Shown here piece by piece: positions 50,576 through 63,284 of a DNA stretch of 64,000 bases. Source of the DNA: Bispira polyomma (taxonomy: Eukaryota). The DNA lies in contig OZ287749.1 of assembly GCA_965649765.1 (NCBI GenBank), positions 21,824,001 to 21,888,000 of the forward strand, in the 5' to 3' direction. The notes below the pieces were generated by a model. That model was not told the origin of the DNA. It saw nothing but the letters and a program-made list of their open reading frames with translations, and ran no database searches. A program made the translations under genes and the position numbers. How positions within the stretch are numbered: the stretch's first letter is position 1; every line of letters starts with the position of its first letter.

Positions 50576-51886
50576 AATCATTTAATACAATTTTGTGTTG
50601 CAAGGATTAAACTTGTAAAGCATTCTAATCTAGTAACTTGTATACTGCTACCTTAATTTCAATGTAAATTAGAATGTAGAAACCCATACTGGATATAAAA
50701 TACTTTGTTAGTCCCCATTAAATGAAACTGTTGCAATAACAAGCCATAAAACAAGGCCACCCAAAACTTCACCAGTAGAATAAGCCAATTGATCAAAGTA
50801 ATATAGTGTAAAAATTAAAATATGAAGCAAGACTTGTTTTAATTTATTTCATATTTAGTTTGCTTTATGTACCTGATCATATTCATATTATCGAATAATA
50901 ATAAATAATATTAAATCATTCTTCTTTCATTTAAAAAGTTTACATTTTACTTCAAAAAGAGTTAAATATTCAAAGGGACAGTTTTTAAAACAAAATTGTT
51001 GTGTTTTTACCTTGCTCTAATTAAATTTACGATATATGTTTTTGCAGCCACTTAAATTTTTATAGGAGAACGTCCAAATAAAACAGTTGCCAAAAAACAT
51101 CCAATGCAAGTCAATTTAGTTACCACAGTAGTAATTAGATTTATTAGATTTGAAATTTTATTGAAACTAAAAACAAAATTCCCTTAAAAGCTGAGGTTCC
51201 AGCTGTAATCTCCTCGGGGATTTAAGAGTTAGTTTCACACTATGCAAAAAAACTAGTTGAATGGTTGAGCATTTTATATTTGTAGTTTTTACATAGCTTT
51301 GCCAATTTATGATATCCGGGTTATTTGTGTTTGTTAATATGTTAAGTGTTTTCTTAAAGTGTTGGTTCATTGAATCAAATGTATATTTCATTAGTTTATT
51401 AGGTGAAACTTATCTGGATATTTATTTGTGACAACATAATATAAAGCCTTTACAGATATAAGAAATGTAGTGAATAAGGGAATGCATGAAGGAAACCCTA
51501 AACTAGTTTTCGGTTTGATGTTCAGAAATTTTAATAGCATTCATGGAGAAACAAAACATCTGTAAATTTAGCAATTTTAATCTATGTGAAGCAGGTGGCA
51601 CTATAATAACTCATTTAAACTCTATCTCTCACTCTCATAATGTTATTTTTGGGTAATATAATTATATAGTCATTTTTGGGGTCCGGTGCTAGGGTCAATG
51701 CATTCCAAAACATTTGCCAATGTTGTTGCACAAAAATCTTATCATTAGATGGAACCTTTTTATTTACCATTTATAGTTGAAAGTAATAACGTATAAACAA
51801 CAAACATAATCTACATGTTATTGTCATTGTCTATTCTATGTTTAATAAGAGATACCCCTTCATTCTGCTTTTTGAACATAAACACA

Positions 51887-52005
51887 TGGTATTGTATTTA
51901 TAAAAGGGGCTAAGCCAAGACTTTGTCTAACTCTTAGATCTAGTATATTTTTGTGCTAGATTTAGGACAATGGCCGGGACTTAACCCTTTTGTGAATACC
52001 ACCCC
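51887..52005. mobile_element. Small MITE
   Basis: gtatttataaaaggggctaag / cttaacccttttgtgaatac inverted termini. Confidence 0.5.
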
Positions 52006-52924
52006 TGTTCGCCCAGCTTTATGCTTTATATTCAATTTGATGTTGTTGAACATGGTTTGACCTTTAATGTTTCAGTAATGACCTTGCTTGCTAATTTTAT
52101 TTTCTCAATCTAAATGTCAGTAACTACTGACAAGGACTTTGTATTGAGGAACAAGAGATCTTCAATTGGGGACTTGCTTGCTTTTCCACCTTATTTCATC
52201 CTATCATGGCTCTCTAATCTCTCTGATGCTCTTTTTAATGTTGAAGTGTCATTTCTTAGCATATAATTTACTTTGAGTAATTTTGCCAAATTTAAACAAA
52301 ACAAATATGTCAATGAAATGAGGTAAACACAATTAAAAGTGAAAAATCATTGCCAGAGGGTATCTCCTGCTGCCATATTAAGATGTCTGACTGTTTATAC
52401 CATTTTTATTATACACAACCTTCATGTAATATGCATATTTTTACAATTTGTTTTCCAAAAATAAAATTTTGCCAGTGGTGATTTATTGTAGATCAAATAT
52501 AAAAGATTTACATGTGCTATGCAAATCGTTTTGTGTGTATGGCGGGAACAAAACATGAGTTATATCCGAAGGTTATAGTTACAACAATGCCTTTATGTAA
52601 AAACAACTGTTGACCCTAATGAAGTGACAGGAGCCTTATTAAAGATTGAGCTTTAGTAAACACCAGCCTAGAGGGACGAGATGTGGCAGATAGCCAGATT
52701 AATAATGAATGATAAATGGAACTTATGATTGACTTCATTACTGTGGATCTTCTCTTCATAATGAGCAAACAGCAATATGACCTTGTGTGTTTAGTTTTGG
52801 TTTTAGATCCCCACATGATTGCTACAGCATACTTAATGCTTAAGTTAAGTTGGCCCTTATAGCCAAGTATGAACTGGGTGTGGGATAAAAAGTGATTGTT
52901 TGCTAAAATATATGCATATTGAAG

Positions 52925-53195
52925 TGTTGGGTGGTCACATGGCCCAAGGATCGATATTCACTGCAGGTATGGAGATTGTACCCTTTAGACAAGGTACTTC
53001 ACACCAAATTGACCATGTCCACCCAGGTGTATAAATGGGTACCTGGCCGCTAATGGGTGTTTGTACTATCCATAGCAGCATGGCTAGTATGGTGACACTG
53101 AGCAATTGGTTGACAAAGGCAAGAACCCAGACTGGGTGTCAATTGCAAAGCTAGATGCATCCTCATTATGGATAATAACCAGGCTATAAACCTGC
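52925..53195 (+). mobile_element. Old SINE (CORE/Deu-Nin-like body)
   Basis: gacaaggtacttcacacc..tccacccaggtgtataaatgggtacctggc core. Confidence 0.6.
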
Positions 53196-54334
53196 CTAAA
53201 AATTTTAACATAAAAATATTAGATGAAGCTATTTACTTAATAGATTTTATTAAGTTCTAAACCCCTTTGACAGGCTCAGTTGATGACAAAGAAGGAAATT
53301 GGTCATGGAAATGTAATCTTCAATGGAGTAAGGTTGATTCTGAGTGAACTTTAAGTAAGTAGAGTTTTGAGAAAAGCACTTTACTTACTTAGCTGTGTAT
53401 TGGTTCCAATAACAGGAAGGGTGTATCTTTGTCACTGACACAAGTTTCTACTTTATTCATCATGCAGTACAAAGTTCACAATTTGTGCAACATAACATCG
53501 CCATTAAATAATTAATCCGGTGTGCTTTGGGGTGGTGGTTTTCCTGTAAAGTGATGGAATATTGAGCATTGTATTTTTAGCCTGCAAAAGCATGGAAATG
53601 TTTTTTGAGACAAGGGCGGCCAAAAATACTAACTTTATTAAATGGCTGTATTTTAAAACTAGAAAAGTCATTTATTAAATCAGACATTTGTCTCGTGAAC
53701 ACCCTATTTGAGACATGATGTTGTTTCAGCATTAACCTTAATCTAAATATATAAAAACTACCTTATTGTATAATGGAACTTTACTCTCATTTTTACTTTC
53801 ATTCTTTCAACTTTCTAACTTCCATGCTTTTGCCCCGTAGTAGTTTACAAAAAAAAATACCAAAACCAATTTAAGTTGGTGGAGGGGTCGGTCACAGAAG
53901 AATCCATTAAATTTTAGGAGTGAATCAAAGTAGAATGGAAGAGCTAGGAATATATATTTTTGATACTGTGGAGCCTAGTTTTGCTTAATGTAATTACAGT
54001 AAATTTGATCCCTTAAGTGGCCCACAAAAATGTCCTTTAAATCAAATTAAATTGTCATTTGATGAAGTCTTTTTTTAATATCAAAAGAAAAATCATAAGA
54101 CTAGAATATCACAATATCATATTTCAAACCAGAAATTAAATTTGAATCTCCAGTGGGGAGATTACATTTGTACATTTTAATAATTAACTCTGTTCAAGTC
54201 ATTGACATCCGCCCAACTCTAATTTTTAACGAGTTATATTTAGTTGATGGGACTGATAAGATAGATAATGCAATTTATGTAAGATTTCTTTCTGTATGCA
54301 TATAAAGCAAATTAGTTTTAATAGACTTATATAT

Positions 54335-54570
54335 AACCAAGGATTGTCTTTTTTTAAAAGACACATCTAGGCACACAGCGTGAAATATACTTAACGTTGA
54401 TATGGCCACTATATACTCAGGCAAATCTGACACAAATAAGTTTAGACGAGTCAATTGCTTTCAACTAATCCATGAAAGCCTTACATATTAGTTTCTAAGT
54501 TGGCAGCAACTTTTTAATGATGGTGCCCTATTTAGAATGGAAACAACATCAGGCTGCGCCTGATAAAAAC
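54335..54570. mobile_element. Helentron/HINE-like repeat family 2
   Basis: Subterminal inverted aggcaca/tgcgcctga plus terminal gtctttt..aaaagac hairpin; matches 60718-60950 (inverted) and 62059-62292. Confidence 0.65.
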
Positions 54571-55819
54571 TCTGAGGACCTTTTTAAGTTCTAGTGCATG
54601 AATGCAAAACAAAAAGACAAAAACAAAAGACAGTAAAATTAATTATCTGTTACCCTTCCAAGAAAATATATTACATCTTCTATTGTTTAAGCAGCAATGC
54701 TCGTTGGCCTCTTAATTTAGTGTTCTCACTTTGGAAAAAAGTTACAATTACTGTGCTCTATTTTTAATGAGAGAACACTAACGTGGACACTAACCTATGC
54801 ATATAGAGAGCATTTCAATAATGGGAAATATTCTACAGGTGTAATTAACTGAATTACAACAGCTACAGGTCTCATGCTGGATTAACATCATACCTGATCT
54901 CACAGGTTGCTAATTTAGAGCATGTATATTGGTGGCTGCTTTTGAGTACAGACGGTCACAGTGCAATTGATCGATTACAATCTAATCCGATCCGGTGGCA
55001 TAATAGCTTAATCGCTATGGCTGTGGATACTGTAGTACAATAAAACAACAGTTTAGTCAAAACAGTTAAATAAGTAAAAGCTAAACACAAGCACTAACCA
55101 ACTGATTGTTGGTTTAAGTGAGCAGAAAAAATGTTTTGGTAGGTTAACTTCTTGGTAAACCATAAACATATTAAGTCTTCACAGAAAATATGAAACATTT
55201 GTATTATAATTTTTTCTTTAGCTGTATGGCCAAGTATCTCTGCAGTTGTGTGTCCGAATCTCGGCCCTGGTCTGTATGGGGAAAAGTTGGCAGTAGACTT
55301 GCTGAAGGCCGGTGATTTTGTATAGTAGAAAACTGTGACCAACTGTCCTGCTCTGATTTCATCCACCAATATTAAACTACTCTCCTTCTTGAAATAACAC
55401 AAGACTCATTGAAAATAATGTAAAATTAAACTTAAGCAAGTATGTCTGCATTTAGATGGTGATACTGTAAATTTAAACAAATTTGAACTGTGGAATATAA
55501 AAATAATGCACAGTGATTTATATTTTTATATTGTTGTCAAGTTTTACCAAAAAATATATGTATTACTATAGTCTAACAGATGACTTCAGATGGCTGAAGG
55601 ATAGGGTAATTAGCACAACTGGTGACTAATGAAGCACACACAGTATTGTAAGTAAAGAGTTCCACAGGGAGGGAAGCAGTTCCTGAGGGAACTCTAAATT
55701 AATCTGTTGACCAAGCTAAAAGCTTGCAGCTGTGAAGGGCTGGAATGTGATAACTACACCATAGTTATTACTAGTTCATTCACTGAACTGGTGGAAACAT
55801 ATAAACAGAAAAACAACCT

Positions 55820-56065
55820 AATAGTAAACCTGTTTCCGTAGTCCAGTTTTAATACTGGTGAGTTATACAGCACTTCCGAATAGTGAACACCATCCTATAG
55901 TGAACACTGTTAGATCCCATTTTGATAAGTGAATTGTAGAGTACCTATAGATACCATCTCCGTTTTGTGACCACTTTTTTCCGGTCCCGTTTTGATACTA
56001 GTGAATTGTACAGTACCTCTGAATATTGAACACCTCCCTATAGCAAACAATTTTCCTCGGTCTTG
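55820..56065. mobile_element. Tc1/mariner-like MITE fragment with tagtgaacac repeats
   Basis: agtaaacctg start, repeated (a)tagtgaacac and gtacct units. Confidence 0.4.
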
Positions 56066-56080
56066 TTTCAAAGTCAAAGT

Positions 56081-56330
56081 GGGCCACGGATGCCTAGTGG
56101 TTAGCAAGCATTGCGCTTCACAATCACTGGTCTCTCACCTCTGGGCGGCGTGAGTTCGAATCCCGTCGATGCCTATGTGGGAAAGGTAGTAGTTCCTTAC
56201 TGTGGGTCGCTGGTTTCTCTGCAGAACCTTGACAGACTGTATACAGTGTTTCCTCAAGCGTTTACAACTACCCGTCCCAATATAACCTACTAAATGGTAC
56301 TAGAGTGGACGTTAAATATCCAAATTCAAA
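56081..56330 (+). mobile_element. tRNA-derived SINE, full length
   Basis: Same family as 15295; TSD ttcaaagtcaaagt. Confidence 0.92.
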
Positions 56331-56446
56331 TTCAAAGTCAAAGTTCAGTGTTTTACATCCAGTTCAACAGTCAGGGTCATATTGGGACAGGTCCCATGAA
56401 CATTCAATGAACTGGAATATAATGACGGTACAGAATTTTATTATTT

Positions 56447-56559
56447 AAGTTGAGGTCACCTTAAATTTTCACCCTCAAGTAGCCCAAGCTTGAGGGTAAA
56501 GTTTCTGTAATCGATATGACAGAAAATAATTAAATTACAATTTAAGGTGACCTCAACTT
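56447..56559. repeat. Perfect 21-bp inverted repeat enclosing two hairpins
   Basis: aagttgaggtcaccttaaatt / aatttaaggtgacctcaactt. Confidence 0.8.
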
Positions 56560-56610
56560 GCACATAAGCACACTGCTCTAACTGATGTCTAGAAGAGCTT
56601 ACGTAACTAA

Positions 56611-56688
56611 GTGTTTCCAACTACCCTTCCCAATATAACCTAAAACAGGTACTAGAGTGGACGTTAAATATCCCAATTAAAAAAAAAA
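56611..56688 (+). mobile_element. 5'-truncated SINE (3' end of the 15295 family)
   Basis: tttccaactaccc.tcccaatataacc...ggtactagagtggacgttaaatatcc + poly(A). Confidence 0.85.
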
Positions 56689-57847
56689 TAAATATAAAAA
56701 TCAACCTGGGTGTACAATTAGATGCGCTTCAAGATGTGCAACACGCTTATCGAGCCATTCAGCGTAAATGTCAGGCATAAGATAAAGTATGTACATCTCA
56801 ATTAAGTAAGTTGATTATACCATGAACATCTTATCGAGCACTGACCTAATCTAAAGGGATTAGGTTGGTTGGGAAATTGTAAGTTCATGTCAATCTGTCA
56901 GTGGCTAAATTTAAACTTGTCTGTATGTCTGTAACAAACACCAATGTCCCAACATTAGTAAATTAGCATTGAGATCAAACATTTTGGCTCAATACAATTA
57001 AGGGGATGGATGTTTACATGTTTATATAATAACTTCAACCTGGTTATTACAGACTGGTACAGTCACTTATGTTTTACGGTTGTAAAGGACTGACAAGTGC
57101 AATGCCTTCACACTGCACCCGAACAGTTTTATTCCTTTCTTCGTTCCTAAAATCCCTAAAAAAAGCTAAAAAGAAAAGAAGCACAAAACAACAGACGTGT
57201 ATAAAGTCAACACAATCACAAGAAATCAGGCCACAAAACAAGGCACTGACCCGAGGTGTGTAAACAACTGTTTACTCCAAGCCTCCAACACAACAATACC
57301 TTGGAAATGTACATTCTAAAACCAAACTTTCCTTCCAATTCTCTCTTTCCCTGTTAGCATCCATTCCTGCCTGTCAAACTATCTCTGTTTTCAGCCTTCT
57401 TTGAATACCTTTGAGGTGTGCTTAGTGACTGACGTTAAGACCCCCGGATGTAATGATGCCAAAACCCAAAATACTGTATAACCTTGATATTTGTACTTAG
57501 AAAAGCAATTTTTATCTAATGAGTTAGAATAGTGCAAAAATTAATGCCCTCTTAAAATGTAAACTTGTATTGATAATATCTTCACTAAACAATAGCCAAT
57601 AGTGACAATTTAATTAGTTATTCAATTAATATAGCGCAGTTATGAACATCACTGTTATCTAATGCGCTTTGATTTTATTACCCCAGCCTGGGTTATTCTA
57701 CTTGTCAGGCAATTGTTCAGTCTCCCTTACGAAGCATACTATATTGAGCATACTAATTAATTTATGGTGTTCGGAGTGGCAGCCATGCAAAAGAGGTTAC
57801 AACCTCTACTCCCAACCCACATACTTGGCAAGAGGTTTAAGGTGGCT

Positions 57848-58637
57848 GAACCTGGGTGTCATATTCGACTGCAATTTCTCTTTCAAAAAGCAGATTGATG
57901 CTGTTTGCAGGTCATGTTTTGTTGGACTTCGAGACCTACGGAGAATTTGACAGTACCTACCAAGGACGGTAGCCATCACAGCGGCAAATGCACTTGTCAG
58001 TAGCAGACTGGCCTACTGTAATTCACTATATTGTGGTTTATCCAAAGGTAACCTGAGAAGATTACAGTGTCTGCAAAATGTGTTAGCACGAGTTGTCACA
58101 GGTTCCCGCAAGTGGTCCCAAATTACACCAGTGCTCAAGTCTCTACATTGGCTCCCTGTTAATAAGAGAATCGCTTTCAAAACTGCAACCCTCATTTACA
58201 AACATTTGGACTCTGGGCAGCCACAGTAACTTCCATGAATACATAAATTATTACACATCCACTGTCAATACCAGATGTACTGTGGCTACAAAGAAATACC
58301 TAATTATTCCCACCTTTAATCCTCAGATTTATAAGTCTAAAACTCATTTTGATGGATCATTTGCAAATGATAGACCTAGACTTTGGAACAGCCTACCGCT
58401 TGCTGTATGATCTGCCCACACACTGTCATCTTTAAGGCGTGAGCTTAAGGCTCACCTGTTTCATAAAGCCTATCCCCCTTAACACCTTCTCCTCTGGTTG
58501 CGCAAACGCTTTCTGATGCTGACCCTTTTTTTTCCACGAACTTACGATATTGCCTCTACCCCTTATGTTTTATCTCACCTTAGAATTTGATATACATCAA
58601 AATTAAGCGCACAAAAAGTTCGTAAATAATAATAATA
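57848..58637 (+). mobile_element. 5'-truncated L2-type LINE (RT C-terminal region and 3' UTR)
   Basis: NLGVIFD...LRDLRRI*QYL...ALVSSRLAYCNSL...LQN..ARVV...ITPVLKSLHWLPV...LWNSLP...LKAHLF; (aat)n tail. Confidence 0.9.
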
Positions 58638-58639
58638 CT

Positions 58640-58847
58640 AGCCGTGCTGCCACATACGGCCCACAAGGACTAACTCCCATTAGCTGCCAGGTACCCATTT
58701 ATACACATAGGTAGAAAGGGACAACTTTGTGTAAAGCACCTTATCCAAGGGTGCAATCTCCAGGCCTGCAGCAAGGATAGAAGTGGATCCCTCAGATCTT
58801 TCAGATCAAAATTTAGACACTCTAACCGCTAGGCCACAGAGACCACA
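58640..58847 (-). mobile_element. Old SINE (CORE/Deu-Nin-like body)
   Basis: Minus strand tgtggcctagcggttagagtgtc head and tataaaatgggtacctggcagc core, as at 52925. Confidence 0.65.
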
Positions 58848-59419
58848 TATATTGACAATTTATTTCAGTGAACTTCTCAAAAAATCGTAAATAAGTGAAA
58901 TTTTCTACCAGCTAATATTTCCACTAATACAGTATGTTGGGCTAAAGAGTTTTTACTCTGATAGTTACTTCAAAGGACAGAAGAAATAAATGGTTTTTAT
59001 TCATTATTTCAAAGGGACTTGATCCTTCTTTGTATTAGATGAAAAAAGACACTCTCCCTCCTCCCTCTCCCCCCCCCCCCCTTGGGTAGCTGGGGAATCT
59101 ATTACTAGAAGACTTGTAAAGAGGACGTGTAGGTGTAGATTTGACTGGATTTATTCTTAAATGACCCTAAATATTTAATAATGTGAAGCATGGTTTTTTT
59201 TAATCCGGATTGTCTGTTGACACATTTGGCTGGTGGAAACAAGAGAAAAAAATATGTGTTTTTCACCCATGCTTTCCTGATTTATATGATCAACTTTGAC
59301 CACTTATGACTAATGTGACATAGTTACTCGATTGTGTGCTACTATTGTGCTGTTTTGTTATGTGATGTTGCAATGGTATTATTCACAAACACCTTTAAGC
59401 TGGCAAAGTTAAAGTAATG

Positions 59420-60110
59420 GGGCTGTATTCACTAACAGACTTAGCCAAGTCCTAGGCTTAAAGTTAAGACTTTTGTCTTAACGTTTGGCAAAAAAATACT
59501 AATACAAAAGTCTTAGTCTTAGCGGTATTCACAAAGAAGTTAAGCCTAAGTTTTAACTTAGCCAAGGGCTTAACTTTAAGAAAGGTAGGTAGTGGGCTTA
59601 ACTTTACAGTAAAAAGTCTGAGGGTTTTAAGACAATATTTACAAATAAAACATTGTAAATTTGCAGTGCATAACAAACTATAAACATTTAACTTTGATAT
59701 TATGATATCAAATAGCACACAATCTTTACCGTAACCTGTGATAAGTCAAACAAAAAGTGGTTTGATTCTCAACATATTTTTAATCACATATTCTTTAAAG
59801 GGGACTTAGCCAGTCTTAAGTCTAAGTCTAATAAAATAAAATTATTTAATCTTTTTTTTCACTCTGGGCAAAATATATAGGCCTAAATAATATATAGTAT
59901 ATTAGTGTGTGTAAAAATGTAAATAACATTGTGTATTTTTGTAAATAGAACAATTTAAACTTAAAATTTTTGTCTTACCATAGTCTTAGCTAAGTCATCT
60001 TTTGTGAATACTTTTTTAAGACAAAACATAGCTAAGACAAAAGTCTTAGATTTAATATTGGGCTTAGTCTAAGTTTTGGCTTAGTTTAAGACCGTTGGTG
60101 AATACGGCCC
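59420..60110. mobile_element. PIF/Harbinger-like MITE
   Basis: TIRs gggctgtattcactaac / gttggtgaatacggccc; 3-bp flanking duplication atg; cttag/ctaag subterminal repeats. Confidence 0.8.
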
Positions 60111-60143
60111 ATGGTAATTTATGGATGTTTAAAGTGTCTGTCA

Positions 60144-60345
60144 GGGAGTTGGTCTGGTAATAAGAAGGTCCTTGGTTCAACTCCCCGTGAGGGGAAGTTG
60201 GTCTGGTGATCGGAAGGTCCCCGGTTTGACTCCTGATAATGCCGCCAGGTTTATTGGTGGAATAAAATCGTTGGGCAAGATGTGAATTAATGACTACATG
60301 CTCTAATGTGCTTGTAGGCATGTTCACATCTTACCCAAGGATGTA
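60144..60345 (+). mobile_element. SINE fragment with tandemly duplicated tRNA-like head
   Basis: agttggtctggt.at..gaaggtcc..ggtt..actcc occurs twice (60147, 60196). Confidence 0.55.
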
Positions 60346-60717
60346 ATATTGCAAACATTGCTACATTAAGTTACTGTGTGGAAATTTTATCTATTTTAGC
60401 TAACGAGTTGGGATAGTGAAAATTAATTGCCAGAAAAAATTTAAACTTGTGTATTAACATTTTAACTATAAATAACAAATAGAGAAAATTTATTCTTTCT
60501 GGACTTCTCCAAAATGATAAATTGCGGAAATGTTTTTTTTTTCAGCTAGAATTTTTTCTGTTCATATATTTAATGGAACAATTGCATGATCAAGTCTCTG
60601 AACTATTGTATACAACAAGTTAATCTTTTTCCCCCAATTCCATGGCACATACCAATTCCCATACATCCCAGCACTAGTTAGCCATATGCTGTATCTGTGT
60701 CAAAGTGTTTACACTAG

Positions 60718-60950
60718 TTTTATCAGGCGCAGCCTGATTTTGATTTATTCCAAAAAGGGGTCGCCGTCTTAGAAATAATATGTAAGGCCTTCATGGATTG
60801 GTTGGAAACAATCAACCCGTCTAAACTGAGGGCTGTCAGATTAATATTTGTAGGGGTGCCAAGCAGGCCGGAATACATACATAGTGGTCTTATCAACGTT
60901 AGTCTATGTCACACTGTGCACCTATGTCTTTTTCAAAACACAACTGATGT
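60718..60950. mobile_element. Helentron/HINE-like repeat family 2 (inverted copy)
   Basis: ttttatcaggcgcagcc...ggccttcatggatt...ctgtgcacctatgtctttttc. Confidence 0.65.
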
Positions 60951-62058
60951 TGGTCTCCCAGTCCGAAATGTTTTGGGTTTTATCTGTCACCTTGGAAGGG
61001 ATTTGACACAGTTTTCTGTACTATCACATGACCTGTATTGATTGATCAAATTCTAGCATGACTATGAATAGCATTAACTCTTCAATTAAAAATAAGCTAC
61101 TCTTGACTACTAACTTGTAGTTTAAAGGTGGGATTAAGTTTCACAATTATTTCTTCAGCATTTTACAAATTTGTAACAAAAAACTTTCAAGGCTGTATTT
61201 CCTAAAACGTATATAATCCACTCTCTGTGGTTATTTCTATATAGAAATATTTACAAGGATGAGAGAATAAGAAATCTTTTATAACAATATTAGTATATCT
61301 AAAAGGCTATCAATATCAAAGCTATGCCCACATCTTGGTCATTAAGTTTTGGGTTTTTTCCTCTTTCACGTTTTAACCTGAACTATATAAACTGGAGAAA
61401 TATTTATCGATATTAGTAAATTAATGGTTAATATATATGTTATTATATATTATTTTAAGTAAAAGTAAGTGTCTCGTCCACACAATAATGATCTATAAAA
61501 TAAACTTGCCAAATGTGTCTCACCTTGAGTCTTAAAAAAATAAACCTCTTATTTATTTTACGCGAATATTATAGCCTGAGGTTTAAATAACAAAGAAATG
61601 CCCTTGTAACTAAGATTTAAGGTCACTACAATCAACATTCTTTGATATTTGTGAACAAGATAATTTACTTAATTCTAAAGCACTAAAGTATTGAGGAGTG
61701 GTAATATCTATAGATCTATTCAAATAATTTTTTTTCTGTTTGTGAAAAAAAATGTAGACAATTGATTTGCTTAATGGGGAAGAGTTGTTAAGATGAATTT
61801 ACATGTAGAATGTGAAGCTCTATTGACCTCGGATTCATGGTACAGTGTATGTTGTTATCCTGAGCTATTCAGGCCTACTACCATATTTGATCTTGTCGGT
61901 GTAAACTTGGGGAGCTGCAAGATTTGTTGAATAATTTTACTGTGTAAACCAACGTTATTAGTGCCTGGAGTCTGTGCTTATGTTGATTCACAATCATTAT
62001 TTTCAAGCAGTATTCATCCATATATAGTCATTTTCTTGTTCAAAATGGTATTTTGGTA

Positions 62059-62292
62059 AAACAAGAGTTGTCATGTAAAAAAGACATAAGCACACAGTGT
62101 AAAATACACTATCGTTGATATGGCCACTATATACTCAGGCCCCCAGGCTGCTACCGACAACAATAAATCTGACACCCCCTCAGTTTGGCCAGATCAGTTG
62201 TTTCCAACTAATCCATGAAGGCCTTACACATTTTCCAAAATGGCGGCACCCTTTTCAGAATGCAAACAAAATCTGGCTGTGTCTAATAAAAA
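62059..62292. mobile_element. Helentron/HINE-like repeat family 2
   Basis: aacaagagttgtc..gacat..gatatggccactatatactcagg..atccatgaaggccttac. Confidence 0.65.
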
Positions 62293-62384
62293 TTTAAGAG
62301 CAGTTCCTAGTTCCAACCTTACTTGTGGGCATGCTGGCAATCATTATTAAATGGCTCGCCATTACAAACAACATTGGATACAAA

Positions 62385-62716
62385 CACTACCAAGGAGGTT
62401 ATGTTTTTCCCTGTGTTCATTGGTTGGTTTGTAAAAATAGATAGATAAAATAGCTAGATAAAATATGTACAGAGCCTACTATGTATATATTGTTTATTAT
62501 AGTGACATGTAACATTAATACATTTGATACAAAAAAGCAAAACAAATGTTACATGACTACATTTAGTTAAATGATGTGGCATGGGCCAAGGAATAACTAA
62601 TTAAATGCTGAAACGGATCCAACTGGAATAGCCTATACAGGTGATATTTTTTTTTCATTTTTGACACTGTCACGCCTTTGCGGAGGTATGAGTTCTACTG
62701 AATGTGCTTCTGATTG
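62385..62716 (+). mobile_element. Helentron/DINE-1-like element family 1
   Basis: ccaaggaggttatgttttt...ggcatgggccaaggaataact...gcggaggtatgagttctactgaatg. Confidence 0.65.
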
Positions 62717-63235
62717 AATGTATTAATGTATTATAGAATGTAATCGTATAATTTTAAAATTATGTTGTGATGTAAGAATTCTCTACTTATCTTTATTTAA
62801 TACAAATTTTAATCATATATTGGGATCAATGACTTTTGCAAATGGCATGAATTTTTTATTCCAAACTGCACCAGTTTATGATTTTTTAAAAATCTGTATA
62901 TAATATATATACATATGTGTCTGCAACTGTAATGTTATCATAGTATGTTCTTAGAAGTTAAAAGTTCAAATTGATATCTTCTTTAATGTACAAGTAATGG
63001 GTTTCAGATGCTGTGCACTTGGTGTCCTTTTAGGCTAATTTTAACTTTTGTTTTGTTCTTTTCAAGTGGTATTCATAAACTTGTTAAAAAGTTAAAAGAG
63101 TCCATTACTTCAGCTGCAATACACACACACCTAGTACATTACCAGTAAAAAGACTACAGTAGTGTGTACTTTTTTGTTTACAGATTTACTATTTAAAACA
63201 AATTCCATGCAGAGGTCAATGGCTTTTTTTGTTAT

Positions 63236-63237
<2 letters not shown>

Positions 63238-63283
<46 letters not shown>
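63238..63283. repeat. (TA)n microsatellite
   Basis: Direct read. Confidence 0.95.
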
Positions 63284-63284
<1 letters not shown>

